In this document: positions 8,733-19,272 of the stretch, piece after piece
How the letters are laid out: every line of letters begins with the position of its first letter
Numbering within the stretch: position 1 is the stretch's first letter
From: a bacterium
GTDB taxonomy: Bacteria; UBP6; JAFGXH01
Length of the DNA stretch: 64,000 bases
NCBI GenBank assembly: GCA_027064085.1
Contig: JAMOQH010000126.1
Span: 5,040-69,039, forward strand
Reading direction: 5' to 3'
Translations under genes and position numbers: made by a program
Notes under the pieces: generated by a model
Seen by the model: the letters and a program-made list of their open reading frames with translations, nothing else
What the model was told of the DNA's origin: nothing
The model's database searches: none

Positions 8733-9821
8733 ATGTTGAAATATATTTTAATAATGATTATTTTTAGTTCTATTGCTTTTGGTTCAAGAATAAAAGATAT
8801 TTCTTATGTTAAAGGAGTTAGAAATAATAGTTTAATTGGTTATGGAATTATTGTCGGCCTTGATGGTACAGGTGATGATGATAAAGCTAAATTTACGATT
8901 AAATCTTTAGTAAATATGCTTGAAAAAATGGGAGTAAAATTTGATTCGAGGTCTTTAAAGGTAAAAAATGTAGCAGCTGTTATGGTAACTGCTAAGTTAC
9001 CACCATTTTCAAGAGTTGGTAATAAAATAGATATTGAAGTGTCATCAATTGGTAATGCCAAGTCATTAAGGGGTGGAGTTTTGATTATGACACCATTAAA
9101 AGGAGCTGATGGTAAAGTTTATGCTATTGCTCAAGGTAATCTGTCTGTTAATGGTTATTCTGTTAAAAGTGGGAAAACAAAATCTAAGGCAGTTAAAAAT
9201 CATTTAACTGTAGGCAGAATTCCTAATGGGGGTACTATAGAGAGAGAGTTAAAAAATTCTATTTTAAATAAATCATATTTAGATTTAATTTTAAAAAATC
9301 CAGATTTTACAACTGCATATAGATTAAAAAAAACAATTAATGAACAATTTGGTGAAAATTTGGCAAAAGCAATAGATAGTAATACCATAAGGGTAGTTCT
9401 TCCTGTTAGTTTAAAGGAAAATCCTATAAAATTTATTGCAATAGTTGAAAATTTAGATGTAAAAGTTGATACTCCTGCGAAAATTGTAATAAATGAAAGA
9501 ACTGGTACAATTATTATAGGTAAAAATGTAACAATTTCTTCTGTAGCTATTTCACATGGTAATTTAAATATTATTGTTGAAGAAAATGAAACCCTTAGTC
9601 AGCCTTCGGCTCTTAGTTTTGGAACAACTGCTAAAACTAAATCAACTAAAATAAAAGTAAAGGAAGATAATGCTGATTTTAGTTTATTACAAGATAAAGT
9701 TACTTTAGAAGATTTAGTTAAAGCTTTAAACTCTCTTGGTGTTTCAACTAGAGATATGATTTCTATTATTCAAGCCATAAAAGCTAGTGGAGCATTACAG
9801 GCTGAGTTGGAGATTATATGA
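8733..9821 (+). CDS. flgI: Flagellar P-ring protein FlgI
   Basis: Signal peptide, then [30 protein letters not shown]. Full-length similarity to the FlgI family, 362 aa. Confidence 0.85.
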   Translation: [362 protein letters not shown]

Positions 9822-10552
9822 TAAGTAAGAATATGTTGACAGAGCTTATTGGTAAGGATAAGACGATGTCCTATTCTACTACGAAGGCAACAGTTCATTC
9901 AGAGATAGGAAAACATAAGTCTTCTGCTAAAGATGAAAAAATTAAAAAAGTAGCAAAAGATTTTGAATCTTTATTAATAGGTGAAATATTTAAAGTAATG
10001 AGGAAATCTATTCATAAAACAGAACTAACTAAAGGTGGGTTTGGTGAAGATATATTTGAGTCTATGCTTGATGGAGAAATGTCTAAAAATTTAGCACAAA
10101 GAGATATGCTTGGTATATCAAAAATGCTTGAAAAGGAATTGCTTGGAAAAGCAAATAATACTATTCAAAAAAGTAGAAATTCAATATTACCAGCAATAGG
10201 TAGAATAACTTCTAAATTTGGAATGAGAGAGCATCCTATTACACATAAATTAAGCCATCATGATGGTGTTGATATCGCCTTAAAGGAAGGTACTCCAATA
10301 AAAGCTAGTTTAGGTGGCAAAGTTGTATTCTCTGGTAAACAAAATGGATATGGAAATGTTATTATTGTTAAAAATGGTGAATATGAAATGGTTTATGCTC
10401 ATTGTTCAAAATTATTGTTTAATAAGGGAGATAATGTAAAAAAAGGAGAAAAAATAGCTCTTTCTGGAAATACAGGTCGTTCAACAGGCCCTCATTTACA
10501 CTTTGAAGTAAGGCATAAAGGTAAAGCTATAGATCCATTTTCTCTATTTTAA
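9818..10552 (+). CDS. flgJ: FlgJ-like protein: N-terminal rod-binding domain fused to a C-terminal M23 (LytM) peptidase domain
   Basis: AKDFESLLIGEIFKVMRKS matches the FlgJ rod-binding motif. C-terminus has HHDGVDIA...GNTGRSTGPHLHFEV (M23 zinc-peptidase signature). The start ATGA overlaps the flgI stop. Confidence 0.7.
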   Translation: MISKNMLTELIGKDKTMSYSTTKATVHSEIGKHKSSAKDEKIKKVAKDFESLLIGEIFKVMRKSIHKTELTKGGFGEDIFESMLDGEMSKNLAQRDMLGISKMLEKELLGKANNTIQKSRNSILPAIGRITSKFGMREHPITHKLSHHDGVDIALKEGTPIKASLGGKVVFSGKQNGYGNVIIVKNGEYEMVYAHCSKLLFNKGDNVKKGEKIALSGNTGRSTGPHLHFEVRHKGKAIDPFSLF

Positions 10553-10582
10553 AAAAAAAGGGGCGAAAAGCCCCTTTTTTTT
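10551..10582. terminator. Bidirectional Rho-independent terminator between convergent flgJ and ppdK
   Basis: A9-GGGGC-gaaaa-GCCCC-T8: a perfect 5-bp GC stem flanked by an A-run on one side and a T-run on the other. Confidence 0.8.
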
Positions 10583-10607
10583 AGTCATACAATCTTATTA
10601 CATATTA

Positions 10608-13445
10608 CTATTTCTTCTTAAAAAAACCTTTTACTGCATCTACCGCTTTATTTGCAACTTCGCTTGCTTTATCAGCAACATCAGATGCAACATTACTAGC
10701 TAGCTCAAGAGCAGATTTGTCTTCTATCTTAGCTTGTGCAGATGCTAATCTAGCAATAGGCACTCTAAAAGGAGAACAGCTAACATAATTTAATCCTGTT
10801 TTATAGCAGAACTTAACACTTGATGGTTCTCCACCATGTTCACCACAAATACCAACTTTTAAATTAGGCTTACTACTTCTACCTTTATCTGTAGCCATTT
10901 CAACTAATTGACCAACACCAGTTTGGTCTAAAACTTGGAAAGGATCATTTTTATAAATACCTTTTTTTGAGTATTCAGAAATTAATGCAGCAGTATCATC
11001 TCTTGATAAACCAAATGACATTTGAGTTAGATCATTAGTTCCAAATGAGAAAAATTCAGCATGTTCTGCGATTGCATCAGCAGTTAGTGCTGCTCTTGGA
11101 ATTTCTATCATTGTTCCAACCATGTAATCAATTTTATTGTTTCTTTCCTCAAAAACTTTTTCTGCAGTTTCTCTAATTATTTTTTCTTGAGCTTTAAATT
11201 CTTTTACTTCACCTACAAAAGGAATCATTATTTCTGGTTTTGCTGTAATTCCTTTTTCTTTTAAATTTAATGCAGCTTCTATAATAGCTCTTGTTTGCAT
11301 TTCTGTAATTTCAGGATATGTATTTCCTAATCTACAACCTCTATGGCCTAACATTGGATTAAATTCTGCTAATGAATCAACTTTTTCTTTGATATATTCA
11401 ATAGATTTACCCATTTCATCAGCCATTTCTTTTTGGTTTGCTTCTTCATGAGGAACAAATTCATGCAAAGGTGGATCAAGTAATCTAACTGTTACAGGTA
11501 AGTCATGCATAGCAGTGAAAATACCTTCAAAGTCTTCTCGCTGAATAGGAAGTAATTTAGCTAACGCAACTTTTCTACCTTCTAAGTTTTCAGCAAGTAT
11601 CATTTCTCTGATAGCTTTAATTTTATCACCACCAAAAAACATATGTTCTGTTCTACATAAACCGATACCTTGTGCTCCAAAAGCTCTAGCAACTTTACTA
11701 TCTTCAGGCGTATCAGCATTTGTTCTTACTAACATTGTTGCATATTTATCTGTTAGTTTCATCAGTTTGCCAAAATCTCCACCTACTTCAGGGTTAACTG
11801 TAGCCACTTTACCATCGTAAATTTCACCAGTAGAACCATTTAATGAGATGAAATCACCTTCTTTATATGTTTTATCTCCCATTGTTAAAGTTCTTTCTTT
11901 ATAGTCAATTTTTATTTCACCAGCACCAGAAACACAACATTTTCCCATTCCTCTAGCAACAACGGCTGCATGACTAGTCATGCCACCTCTTGCTGTAAGA
12001 ATACCTTGTGCTAAATTCATTCCTTTTAAATCTTCTGGAGATGTTTCAATTCTAACTAATATAATATCTTCTTTTTTATCTTCAACCCAAGCTTCTGCTT
12101 CATCTGAAAAGAAAATAATTTTACCTGTTGCTGCACCTGGGCTTGCAGGAAGGCCCTTACCCATAACACTAGCTGAGCTTAAAGCTTCTTTAGCAAATAC
12201 AGGGTGAAGTAATTCATCTAATTTATTAGGTTCAACCCTCAGAATGGCTGTTTTTTCATCAATCATACCTTCATCAAGCATGTCCATAGCCATTTTAACC
12301 ATTGCGGCACCAGTTCTTTTACCGGTTCGAGTTTGTAAGAACCATAATTTACCATCTTGAATAGTAAATTCTAAGTCTTGCATATCAGAATAATGGTTTT
12401 CTAGTTTAGTTTCTAATGAAGATAATTCTGCATAAGCCTCTGGCATTGCTTCTTCTAGAGAAGGGTAGTTTTCTTTTCTATCTTCTTCTGTAACGCCTGC
12501 TAATTTAGCCCATCTTTTTGAACCTTCAAGAGTAATTTGTTGAGGTGTTCTGATTCCGGCAACAACATCTTCACCTTGAGCATTAATTAAATATTCTCCG
12601 TTAAAAATATCTTCACCGGTAGCAGCATCTCTTGTAAAAGCAACGCCTGTTGCACTATCTTCGCCCATATTTCCATAAACCATAGCTTGAACATTTACTG
12701 CTGTTCCCCATTCTTCAGGAATTTTATTCATTTGACGGTAGTATATAGCTCTATCTGTGTTCCAAGAATCAAAAACAGCCATTACTGCACCCCAAAGTTG
12801 ATCCCATGGATCTTCTGGGAAATCATGTCCAGTAAACTTTTTAACCACATCTTTAAAATCTAAAACGAGTTGCTTTAGGTCGTCAACTGATAATTCATTA
12901 TCATTTTTAACGCCTGCTTTTTTCTTAGCTTTTTCTAAAACAAGTTCAAATGGGTCTTTATCATCCATACCTTCTGGTTCAACACCTAAAACAACATCAC
13001 CATACATTTGAACAAATCTTCTGTATGAATCCCAAGCAAATTCAGGATTACCTGATTTAGTAGCAAGCCCTTCAACAGCATCATCATTTAAACCAAGGTT
13101 TAATACTGTGTCCATCATTCCAGGCATAGATACTCTTGCTCCACTACGAACTGATACTAAACATGGATTTTCTTGAGAACCGAATTTCGTTCCCATTAAA
13201 TCTTCTATATTTTTAATTCCTGCTTTAACATCTTCCATAAGTGCTTTAACAACAGCATCTTTTCCATGCTTATTATATTCTGTACAAACTTCGGTTGTAA
13301 TTGTAAAACCCGGAGGAACAGGAACTCCAACTAAGTTCATTTCAGCTAAATTAGCACCTTTTCCACCAAGCAAATTTTTCATCTCTGTTTTACCTTCGGC
13401 AAGACCATTACCAAAAGTATAAACTCTTTTTCTGTTTTTCAACAT
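10608..13445 (-). CDS. ppdK: Pyruvate, phosphate dikinase
   Basis: 945 aa. N-terminus is FGNGLAEGKTEMKNLLGGKGANLAEM. Contains the GGMTSHAAVVARGMGKCCV phosphohistidine region and a PEP-utilising C-terminal domain. Confidence 0.9.
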   Translation of the reverse strand: MLKNRKRVYTFGNGLAEGKTEMKNLLGGKGANLAEMNLVGVPVPPGFTITTEVCTEYNKHGKDAVVKALMEDVKAGIKNIEDLMGTKFGSQENPCLVSVRSGARVSMPGMMDTVLNLGLNDDAVEGLATKSGNPEFAWDSYRRFVQMYGDVVLGVEPEGMDDKDPFELVLEKAKKKAGVKNDNELSVDDLKQLVLDFKDVVKKFTGHDFPEDPWDQLWGAVMAVFDSWNTDRAIYYRQMNKIPEEWGTAVNVQAMVYGNMGEDSATGVAFTRDAATGEDIFNGEYLINAQGEDVVAGIRTPQQITLEGSKRWAKLAGVTEEDRKENYPSLEEAMPEAYAELSSLETKLENHYSDMQDLEFTIQDGKLWFLQTRTGKRTGAAMVKMAMDMLDEGMIDEKTAILRVEPNKLDELLHPVFAKEALSSASVMGKGLPASPGAATGKIIFFSDEAEAWVEDKKEDIILVRIETSPEDLKGMNLAQGILTARGGMTSHAAVVARGMGKCCVSGAGEIKIDYKERTLTMGDKTYKEGDFISLNGSTGEIYDGKVATVNPEVGGDFGKLMKLTDKYATMLVRTNADTPEDSKVARAFGAQGIGLCRTEHMFFGGDKIKAIREMILAENLEGRKVALAKLLPIQREDFEGIFTAMHDLPVTVRLLDPPLHEFVPHEEANQKEMADEMGKSIEYIKEKVDSLAEFNPMLGHRGCRLGNTYPEITEMQTRAIIEAALNLKEKGITAKPEIMIPFVGEVKEFKAQEKIIRETAEKVFEERNNKIDYMVGTMIEIPRAALTADAIAEHAEFFSFGTNDLTQMSFGLSRDDTAALISEYSKKGIYKNDPFQVLDQTGVGQLVEMATDKGRSSKPNLKVGICGEHGGEPSSVKFCYKTGLNYVSCSPFRVPIARLASAQAKIEDKSALELASNVASDVADKASEVANKAVDAVKGFFKKK

Positions 13446-13592
13446 AATTTCTCCTAAAAAAACAAAACAAAAATTACGGTATTAATATAACAGAAATGAG
13501 TAATAAACTCAATGTTTATTTGATTTATTTGTGAATTATCTCCGGTTATCTTACTACTAGTTTACTAATAATGCTTATTTATTTAACATATT

Positions 13593-14312
13593 TTAGGATA
13601 ACTCAAACCAACTGACTTTTCCTATAATCTTAAAGTTAAGTTTTTGAGTAAGGGATAATGAATTTTTATTTTTGATAATAACATATACAAATGGTATTTT
13701 TTTATTTTCAATAAGTTTATTTATTAAATATTTAGTAATTTTTTCACCATAACCTTTGCGTCTGTAGCTTTTTAATGTATGAAAAAATCCCATTGCTCCA
13801 TCATCTTGGGTTATAATCCAGGAGATTAGCTTGTCTCCAATAAAATAACCAACTGATTCTCCATCTTTTATGCGAGTTTTTACATAGTCTAAAGAATATT
13901 CTGATTTATAAGGCCAAAAATCATTAACTATATTTGTATTTGAAATAGTTAAAGGAGGATATTTTTTTATAGTAAAAGCTTTATTTTCTAGATAAGCAAG
14001 TTTATAACAATTTTCTTGCCATATTATTTTTTTGTTGTTTGCAATTATATTTACAAATTCAGTATTTGTAGCAGCAAAATATTTTTCATTTTTAATAAAG
14101 GGTATAAAATCTTTTAATTCATTAATGTCATTAGCAGACAAGTGTACCCAACCCTCTGAGCGATTTTGTTTTATTGCTACACAATTTTTGTAAATTTCAA
14201 TTTCAGAAATTTTATTATCATTTAGTAAATTAATCATTGCACAATTTAATATTTTATCTTTATATAATATTTTAAGAGCTTTTTCTTTTAGTTTAGAATT
14301 TATTATTTGCAT
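13593..14312 (-). CDS. GNAT-family N-acetyltransferase
   Basis: The C-terminal GFFHTLKSYRRKGYGEKITKYLINKL matches the acetyl-CoA-binding motif. Confidence 0.55.
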   Translation of the reverse strand: MQIINSKLKEKALKILYKDKILNCAMINLLNDNKISEIEIYKNCVAIKQNRSEGWVHLSANDINELKDFIPFIKNEKYFAATNTEFVNIIANNKKIIWQENCYKLAYLENKAFTIKKYPPLTISNTNIVNDFWPYKSEYSLDYVKTRIKDGESVGYFIGDKLISWIITQDDGAMGFFHTLKSYRRKGYGEKITKYLINKLIENKKIPFVYVIIKNKNSLSLTQKLNFKIIGKVSWFELS

Positions 14313-14336
14313 TTTAATTCCTAAATCATAAATATT

Positions 14337-17300
14337 TTAATAAACTCGGTTTCTATATGCTTCAATAAAGTTTATTATTTTGGTGTTATTAGATTCTAAA
14401 GCATAGGTAAAAGCATTTTTACCTTTTTTATCTTTTATATTTGGATTTGCTTTGTTTCTTAGTAGTGTTTTGACTGCATCTACATTTTGAATTTTTATTG
14501 CTGAAATTAATGGAGTCGAGCCGTCGGTTAATTGATTATTTATATCTAGTTTTAATGTTATTGTAAAATCTAAAATCCAAGGATTTTTTGAAAAGACAGC
14601 TAGATTAATTGAATTTGAGTTCATACTATTTTTTTGACTAATATTACAATGCTTTTTTACCAGTAATTTTAATATTTTTAAATTATTACCATAAGATGCT
14701 TCAAGAAAAGCAGAGCTATTGGTTTGGGTTGTTAAATTTAAATCAGCTTTATTTTCAATGAGAAACTTAGCTATTTTAAAGTAATTATTATATATTGCAA
14801 TCATTAGAGGAGTGTAACCTATTTTAGTTTGTAAATTAATTGTTTTAGTTGTTGTTAATAATTTTACAATGTTAAAATATCCATTAAATGAAGCAATATA
14901 TAAAGGAGATTCCCCTTGGCTATTAGAAATTGTAATATCTGCACCCGCTTTAATTAGTTTTCTAACAAAATCTTCTCTTCCAAAATAAGTGGATAGAGCT
15001 AATGCTGTATAACCCATAATATTTTTACTGTTTAATATCGTTTTGTTTCTTATAAATATATTGAAATACTTATTATTATTTGTATAAATTGTTTGTAGTA
15101 AAGGTGTGATACCATTTTTATTAACGATATTAGTATCTGCACCTTTTTTAATAAGATAATCTATAATTTTATTGGATTTTGTTGTAAATGAATACAGTAA
15201 TGGACTACCTAAATTAAAATCTTTTTTATTTATATTAGCTCCTTTATTTAATAAAAACTTTACAAAGTCTAATTTTGTATTGTTGCTTAGAGCTGCAATT
15301 AAAGGTGTTATTCCTGTTGTTAAATCTTGGTCGTTAACATTGGCACCTAAGTTTATTAACTTTTTAGCTATATCCCATTGTCCATCATATATAGCAAGTA
15401 CTAAAATAGGGGTTCCATTATTACTTCTTATAGAAAAATCTACTTTGTAATCTAATAAATAATCTATAATGTTCCAATATTTATTAGTTAGAGCTGTTAG
15501 TAGTGGAGAGTATCTATATTTATCTAGTATTTTAGGAGATGCCCCATGTTTGATTAAAGCTTTTATTGCATCTATGTTATTCATTGTAATCGCTTTTAAT
15601 AGATAAGTCATTCCATTTGATAATTTTCTATTTAAGTCTTCTTTACCATTTTTTAGATATAAATTTAATATTTTATTATTATTATACGAAAGAGCAATAT
15701 AAATTGGGGTTTCATTATTTAAGTCTAGTCCATTAAACATAAAATCCTTTTTTATAAAAAAATTTATGAAATCTATGTTTCCTATTTCTGTGAGCCATGA
15801 ATATATTTGTACTTCATATTTTTTATCATCTGGGTTTATCTCTTTATTATATATAATTTTTAAAAGATCTTTTTTGTTAATATCTTCTATCCTTTTAGAA
15901 ACTTTATTTTCTACTATCACTTTAAATAATTCAAAATTACCTTTCCTTAGAGGAATTTGTGTAGTTGTGATATTATTAACATTATAACTATCTAATATTG
16001 CTCCATTTTTAATTAACCATTTAACCATTTTTGAGTTATTTTTTAATAATGCCAACATTACTGCAGAGGTATTTAAATTATTTGCTTCATTAATATCAAT
16101 GCCTTTCTTAAGTAAATATTTAGCAAATTCAATATTTCCTTTCATTGCAGTTAAATTTAGTAGTGTGTTACCATCCATGTCTTTTTCTGAAACATTTGCT
16201 CCATTATCAATTAATAATTTAGCTATTTCCCACTCTCTATTTTTTATTGCAATAAGTATTGGTTTAATTTTATCTTTTCCTACTTTATCAGGTGAAACTC
16301 CGTTTTTTAATAAAACTTTAACTATTTTGGGGTTATAGCTTTTTATTGCTTGAGTTAAGTAGGTTTCATGTTCGTTATTGATTAAGTTTAAATTAATTCT
16401 ATTTGAAGATATTAGCTCTAAAGCAGATTGTATACTGTTATAAGAAATTGCATGGGATAATGCGGTATTTCCACTTTTATCTTTTAAATTTAAATTTGCA
16501 TTGTTTTCAATAAAAAATTTTACGATATTATAATTATTTTTAGATGCAGCAATCATTAATGCTGTTTTATTATTGAATTTCTTATCAATAAAAATACCAT
16601 GGTTTATTAGATATTTTACAATATCTAGATTTCCTCCTTCAGAGGCATAAGTTAAAATATCTATGTCTAAATCTTTTGAATCTCTAAAAATTGCACCTTT
16701 TTTTATCAGTAATTTAAATATATCATAGTTTCCATATTTTGCAGCAATATGTAATGGAGTTTCTTTTAATTTATTTTTTAAATAAAAATTATATGATTTG
16801 TTTTTCAATAAGTAAGAAACGAGTTCTGTATTTCCACTTCCTATCGCGTACACTAAGCATGAATTACCATTTTTATCTAAGTTGTATAAATCAAGATTTA
16901 ATGACTCTAAATATCTAAATATATTTATTTTACCTGATATTGAGGCCATAAAAAGAGCATTTTGAAGTTTAGTATTTTTTACAAAAATATTTGCCTTATG
17001 TTTTATTAATAATTTTAGTGTTTCTAGATTAGAATAATATGATGCAAGCAAAAATGGAGTATTTCCTTGATTATCAATTGCTTCTAAATTTTTATCATAT
17101 TCTAATACTTTTTCTATAATTTTTATATTTGAACCTTTTACTGCAAAGTGCAAAAGAGTATTATTATCTTTATCTCTTAAGTATGGGTTTGCCCCTTTTT
17201 TTAACAATACTTCAAAACTGTTATAATCTCCACTTTCAGCGGCTTTCATTAGTAATGTTTGTTGATTTATATCAAGGTGATTTACATTATTTTTATTTAT

Positions 17301-17435
17301 GCTTTCTAGATTTTTATAATAGGAGCTTTTTAATATATTATTTCTATATTTAGAGCTTTTTAAGTTGTGGTTTCCACAGCTTAAAAAGAAAATTAACATA
17401 GAAAATAAAACAACTAATCTCTTTTTTAATTTCAT
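14337..17435 (-). CDS. Giant ankyrin-repeat lipoprotein (1032 aa, ~28 ANK repeats)
   Basis: Lipobox LSCGN after the signal peptide. Reiterated TPLH/TALM...G...VK.LL..GA.N motifs throughout. Confidence 0.85.
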   Translation of the reverse strand: MKLKKRLVVLFSMLIFFLSCGNHNLKSSKYRNNILKSSYYKNLESINKNNVNHLDINQQTLLMKAAESGDYNSFEVLLKKGANPYLRDKDNNTLLHFAVKGSNIKIIEKVLEYDKNLEAIDNQGNTPFLLASYYSNLETLKLLIKHKANIFVKNTKLQNALFMASISGKINIFRYLESLNLDLYNLDKNGNSCLVYAIGSGNTELVSYLLKNKSYNFYLKNKLKETPLHIAAKYGNYDIFKLLIKKGAIFRDSKDLDIDILTYASEGGNLDIVKYLINHGIFIDKKFNNKTALMIAASKNNYNIVKFFIENNANLNLKDKSGNTALSHAISYNSIQSALELISSNRINLNLINNEHETYLTQAIKSYNPKIVKVLLKNGVSPDKVGKDKIKPILIAIKNREWEIAKLLIDNGANVSEKDMDGNTLLNLTAMKGNIEFAKYLLKKGIDINEANNLNTSAVMLALLKNNSKMVKWLIKNGAILDSYNVNNITTTQIPLRKGNFELFKVIVENKVSKRIEDINKKDLLKIIYNKEINPDDKKYEVQIYSWLTEIGNIDFINFFIKKDFMFNGLDLNNETPIYIALSYNNNKILNLYLKNGKEDLNRKLSNGMTYLLKAITMNNIDAIKALIKHGASPKILDKYRYSPLLTALTNKYWNIIDYLLDYKVDFSIRSNNGTPILVLAIYDGQWDIAKKLINLGANVNDQDLTTGITPLIAALSNNTKLDFVKFLLNKGANINKKDFNLGSPLLYSFTTKSNKIIDYLIKKGADTNIVNKNGITPLLQTIYTNNNKYFNIFIRNKTILNSKNIMGYTALALSTYFGREDFVRKLIKAGADITISNSQGESPLYIASFNGYFNIVKLLTTTKTINLQTKIGYTPLMIAIYNNYFKIAKFLIENKADLNLTTQTNSSAFLEASYGNNLKILKLLVKKHCNISQKNSMNSNSINLAVFSKNPWILDFTITLKLDINNQLTDGSTPLISAIKIQNVDAVKTLLRNKANPNIKDKKGKNAFTYALESNNTKIINFIEAYRNRVY

Positions 17436-17465
17436 GTTTTTCCTTATTAAAAGTTTTAAGTAATC

Positions 17466-18626
17466 TTAGAATACAAATTTTTTACTATCATAAAAATCTT
17501 GCCAAAGTTTTTCTTTTTTTCCTCTCTTTTTAACAATAGCATTAAAATAATTTTTTAAAACAGATATATCATCATAATTGTCCTTTATTAAACTTCCAGA
17601 TATATTTCTTGCAATGTGTAGAGGAGAAATATTTCCTTTATCGTAATAATGAGCATCAAGTGCTGCTAAATAGAAAACAGAAACTGCTTCAGCTGTAGAT
17701 ATAGTGGAGTTCATTTTCTCTAGCTTTTCACCATTTTTACCTACGCCATTTCTAAGTTCACTAAATGTTATTGCAAGCATTTCTACTAAGTTATTATTTA
17801 TTTCTATGTTTATATCGTTATAGGATAATAATTTCTTACTTTCTTTTTTTATGATTTCTGTTTCAAGCTTCAAGTTGTCAATGGGTTTAACTGTTTCAAA
17901 GTTAAATCTTCTTTTAAGTGCAGAGCTCATTTCATTAACTCCTCTATCTCTAGAGTTTGCTGTTGCAATAATATTGAAACCTTTTTGTGCAAATAATGTA
18001 GAATCTGTTTCTGGGATATTTAAAACTTTATCACTCATAATGCTTATTAGTGTATCTTGTATTTCAGATGGAACTCTTGTGATTTCTTCAAATCTTGTAA
18101 TAACACCTTTTTCCATGCCTACATAAATAGGGGAGGGAATTAATGCTTCTGGTATTGGCCCTTTTGACAGTAAAAGGGAATAGTTCCAACTATATTTAAT
18201 ACTATTTTCTGTAATACCTGCTGTTCCTTGGATAGTATTTTTACTGTTTCCTGAAATTGCAGCAGTAAGTAGTTCACTTAACATTGTTTTGGCTGTTCCA
18301 GGTTCACCTATTAGCATTAAGCCTCTATTACCAGTAAGAGTTATAATTGCTCTTTCTATAAGTGAGTCATTACCAAAATATTTTTGTTCAATAATAATTT
18401 CCTTTTCTTTTTTATCAACTTTATATTTTAATTTTTTTCCATTACTTCCTAGTATGAATGTTCTTACCATTTTAGGGGATAGTTTAAAAAAGCTTGGTTT
18501 AGGATAATTATCGTTTTGAGCTAATGCTTCGAGCTCATCTTTATAAATAAGCTCCATTGGAGGCTTTATTATATGTAGGTCTTTTTCCATTTTATCCTTT
18601 AATTTTTTTATAATATTTTTTAGCAA
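17466..18626 (-). CDS. AAA+ ATPase, AAA_5/MoxR-CbbQ-like, with an uncharacterised ~160-aa N-terminal region
   Basis: Walker A is LIGEPGTAKT. Walker B/sensor region is ITRFEEITRVPSEIQDTLISIM...FNIIATANSRDRG...SALKRRF. Confidence 0.5.
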   Translation of the reverse strand: MLKNIIKKLKDKMEKDLHIIKPPMELIYKDELEALAQNDNYPKPSFFKLSPKMVRTFILGSNGKKLKYKVDKKEKEIIIEQKYFGNDSLIERAIITLTGNRGLMLIGEPGTAKTMLSELLTAAISGNSKNTIQGTAGITENSIKYSWNYSLLLSKGPIPEALIPSPIYVGMEKGVITRFEEITRVPSEIQDTLISIMSDKVLNIPETDSTLFAQKGFNIIATANSRDRGVNEMSSALKRRFNFETVKPIDNLKLETEIIKKESKKLLSYNDINIEINNNLVEMLAITFSELRNGVGKNGEKLEKMNSTISTAEAVSVFYLAALDAHYYDKGNISPLHIARNISGSLIKDNYDDISVLKNYFNAIVKKRGKKEKLWQDFYDSKKFVF

Positions 18627-19272
18627 AAGTTAATACTTTTTTTATTTTTGCAACGGTAATCTTATAATGTTTTGCAACATTTATTATTGCTGAATTTAAT
18701 GAAATATGTTTGTTCCTTTTAAATTCTTGTGATATTTGTGCTAAAATTTGATAATCATATTGAAGCAAATAGTGTTTTATACCTTTTTTTTGTAGATTTT
18801 TTTTAGACAGATAATCATTAAATTTAACATTTAACTTAACTGATTTGTCTTTTAGTATTGCTTCGTAGTTAGCAACTACCCCTGAAAATCTTTCAACATA
18901 CATATGTTTGATATCTACAACTATATGTTTTCTTTTTTTCATATATTTATTGGTAAATTCTTCAAGAAATGCTTTTAATTCTTTAGCTCTTAAGTTATAT
19001 GGAATAGATATTTCATAATAAATATAATTATCACCTGTTTTTTTTATTTTTTTATTTTTATTTATTCTAAAATTTAAACCTAGTAACGACTCACCTTCTG
19101 CTGACTTATGATTATTAAAATCATCTGCAAATTTTATTGTTTTATCCATTAATATGTCAAGATTTGCAGGGTCTCTATAATCTTCTATGATACAAGATGT
19201 CATTAATATTGAAATTATAATAAATATGAAATAATTATTTTTTATTGTTTTCTTGTCGTTTAACAAATTCAT
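18592..19272 (-). CDS. Hypothetical lipoprotein, overlaps both neighbours (same operon)
   Basis: Signal/lipobox ILMTSC. No recognisable domain. 35-nt and 38-nt overlaps with the flanking genes. Confidence 0.4.
   Translation of the reverse strand: MNLLNDKKTIKNNYFIFIIISILMTSCIIEDYRDPANLDILMDKTIKFADDFNNHKSAEGESLLGLNFRINKNKKIKKTGDNYIYYEISIPYNLRAKELKAFLEEFTNKYMKKRKHIVVDIKHMYVERFSGVVANYEAILKDKSVKLNVKFNDYLSKKNLQKKGIKHYLLQYDYQILAQISQEFKRNKHISLNSAIINVAKHYKITVAKIKKVLTFAKKYYKKIKG

Noticed and set aside
17851-18507. Plus-strand ORFs 17851-18126 and 18289-18507
   Set aside because: Antisense within the AAA ATPase gene, hydrophobic low-complexity. Artefacts.
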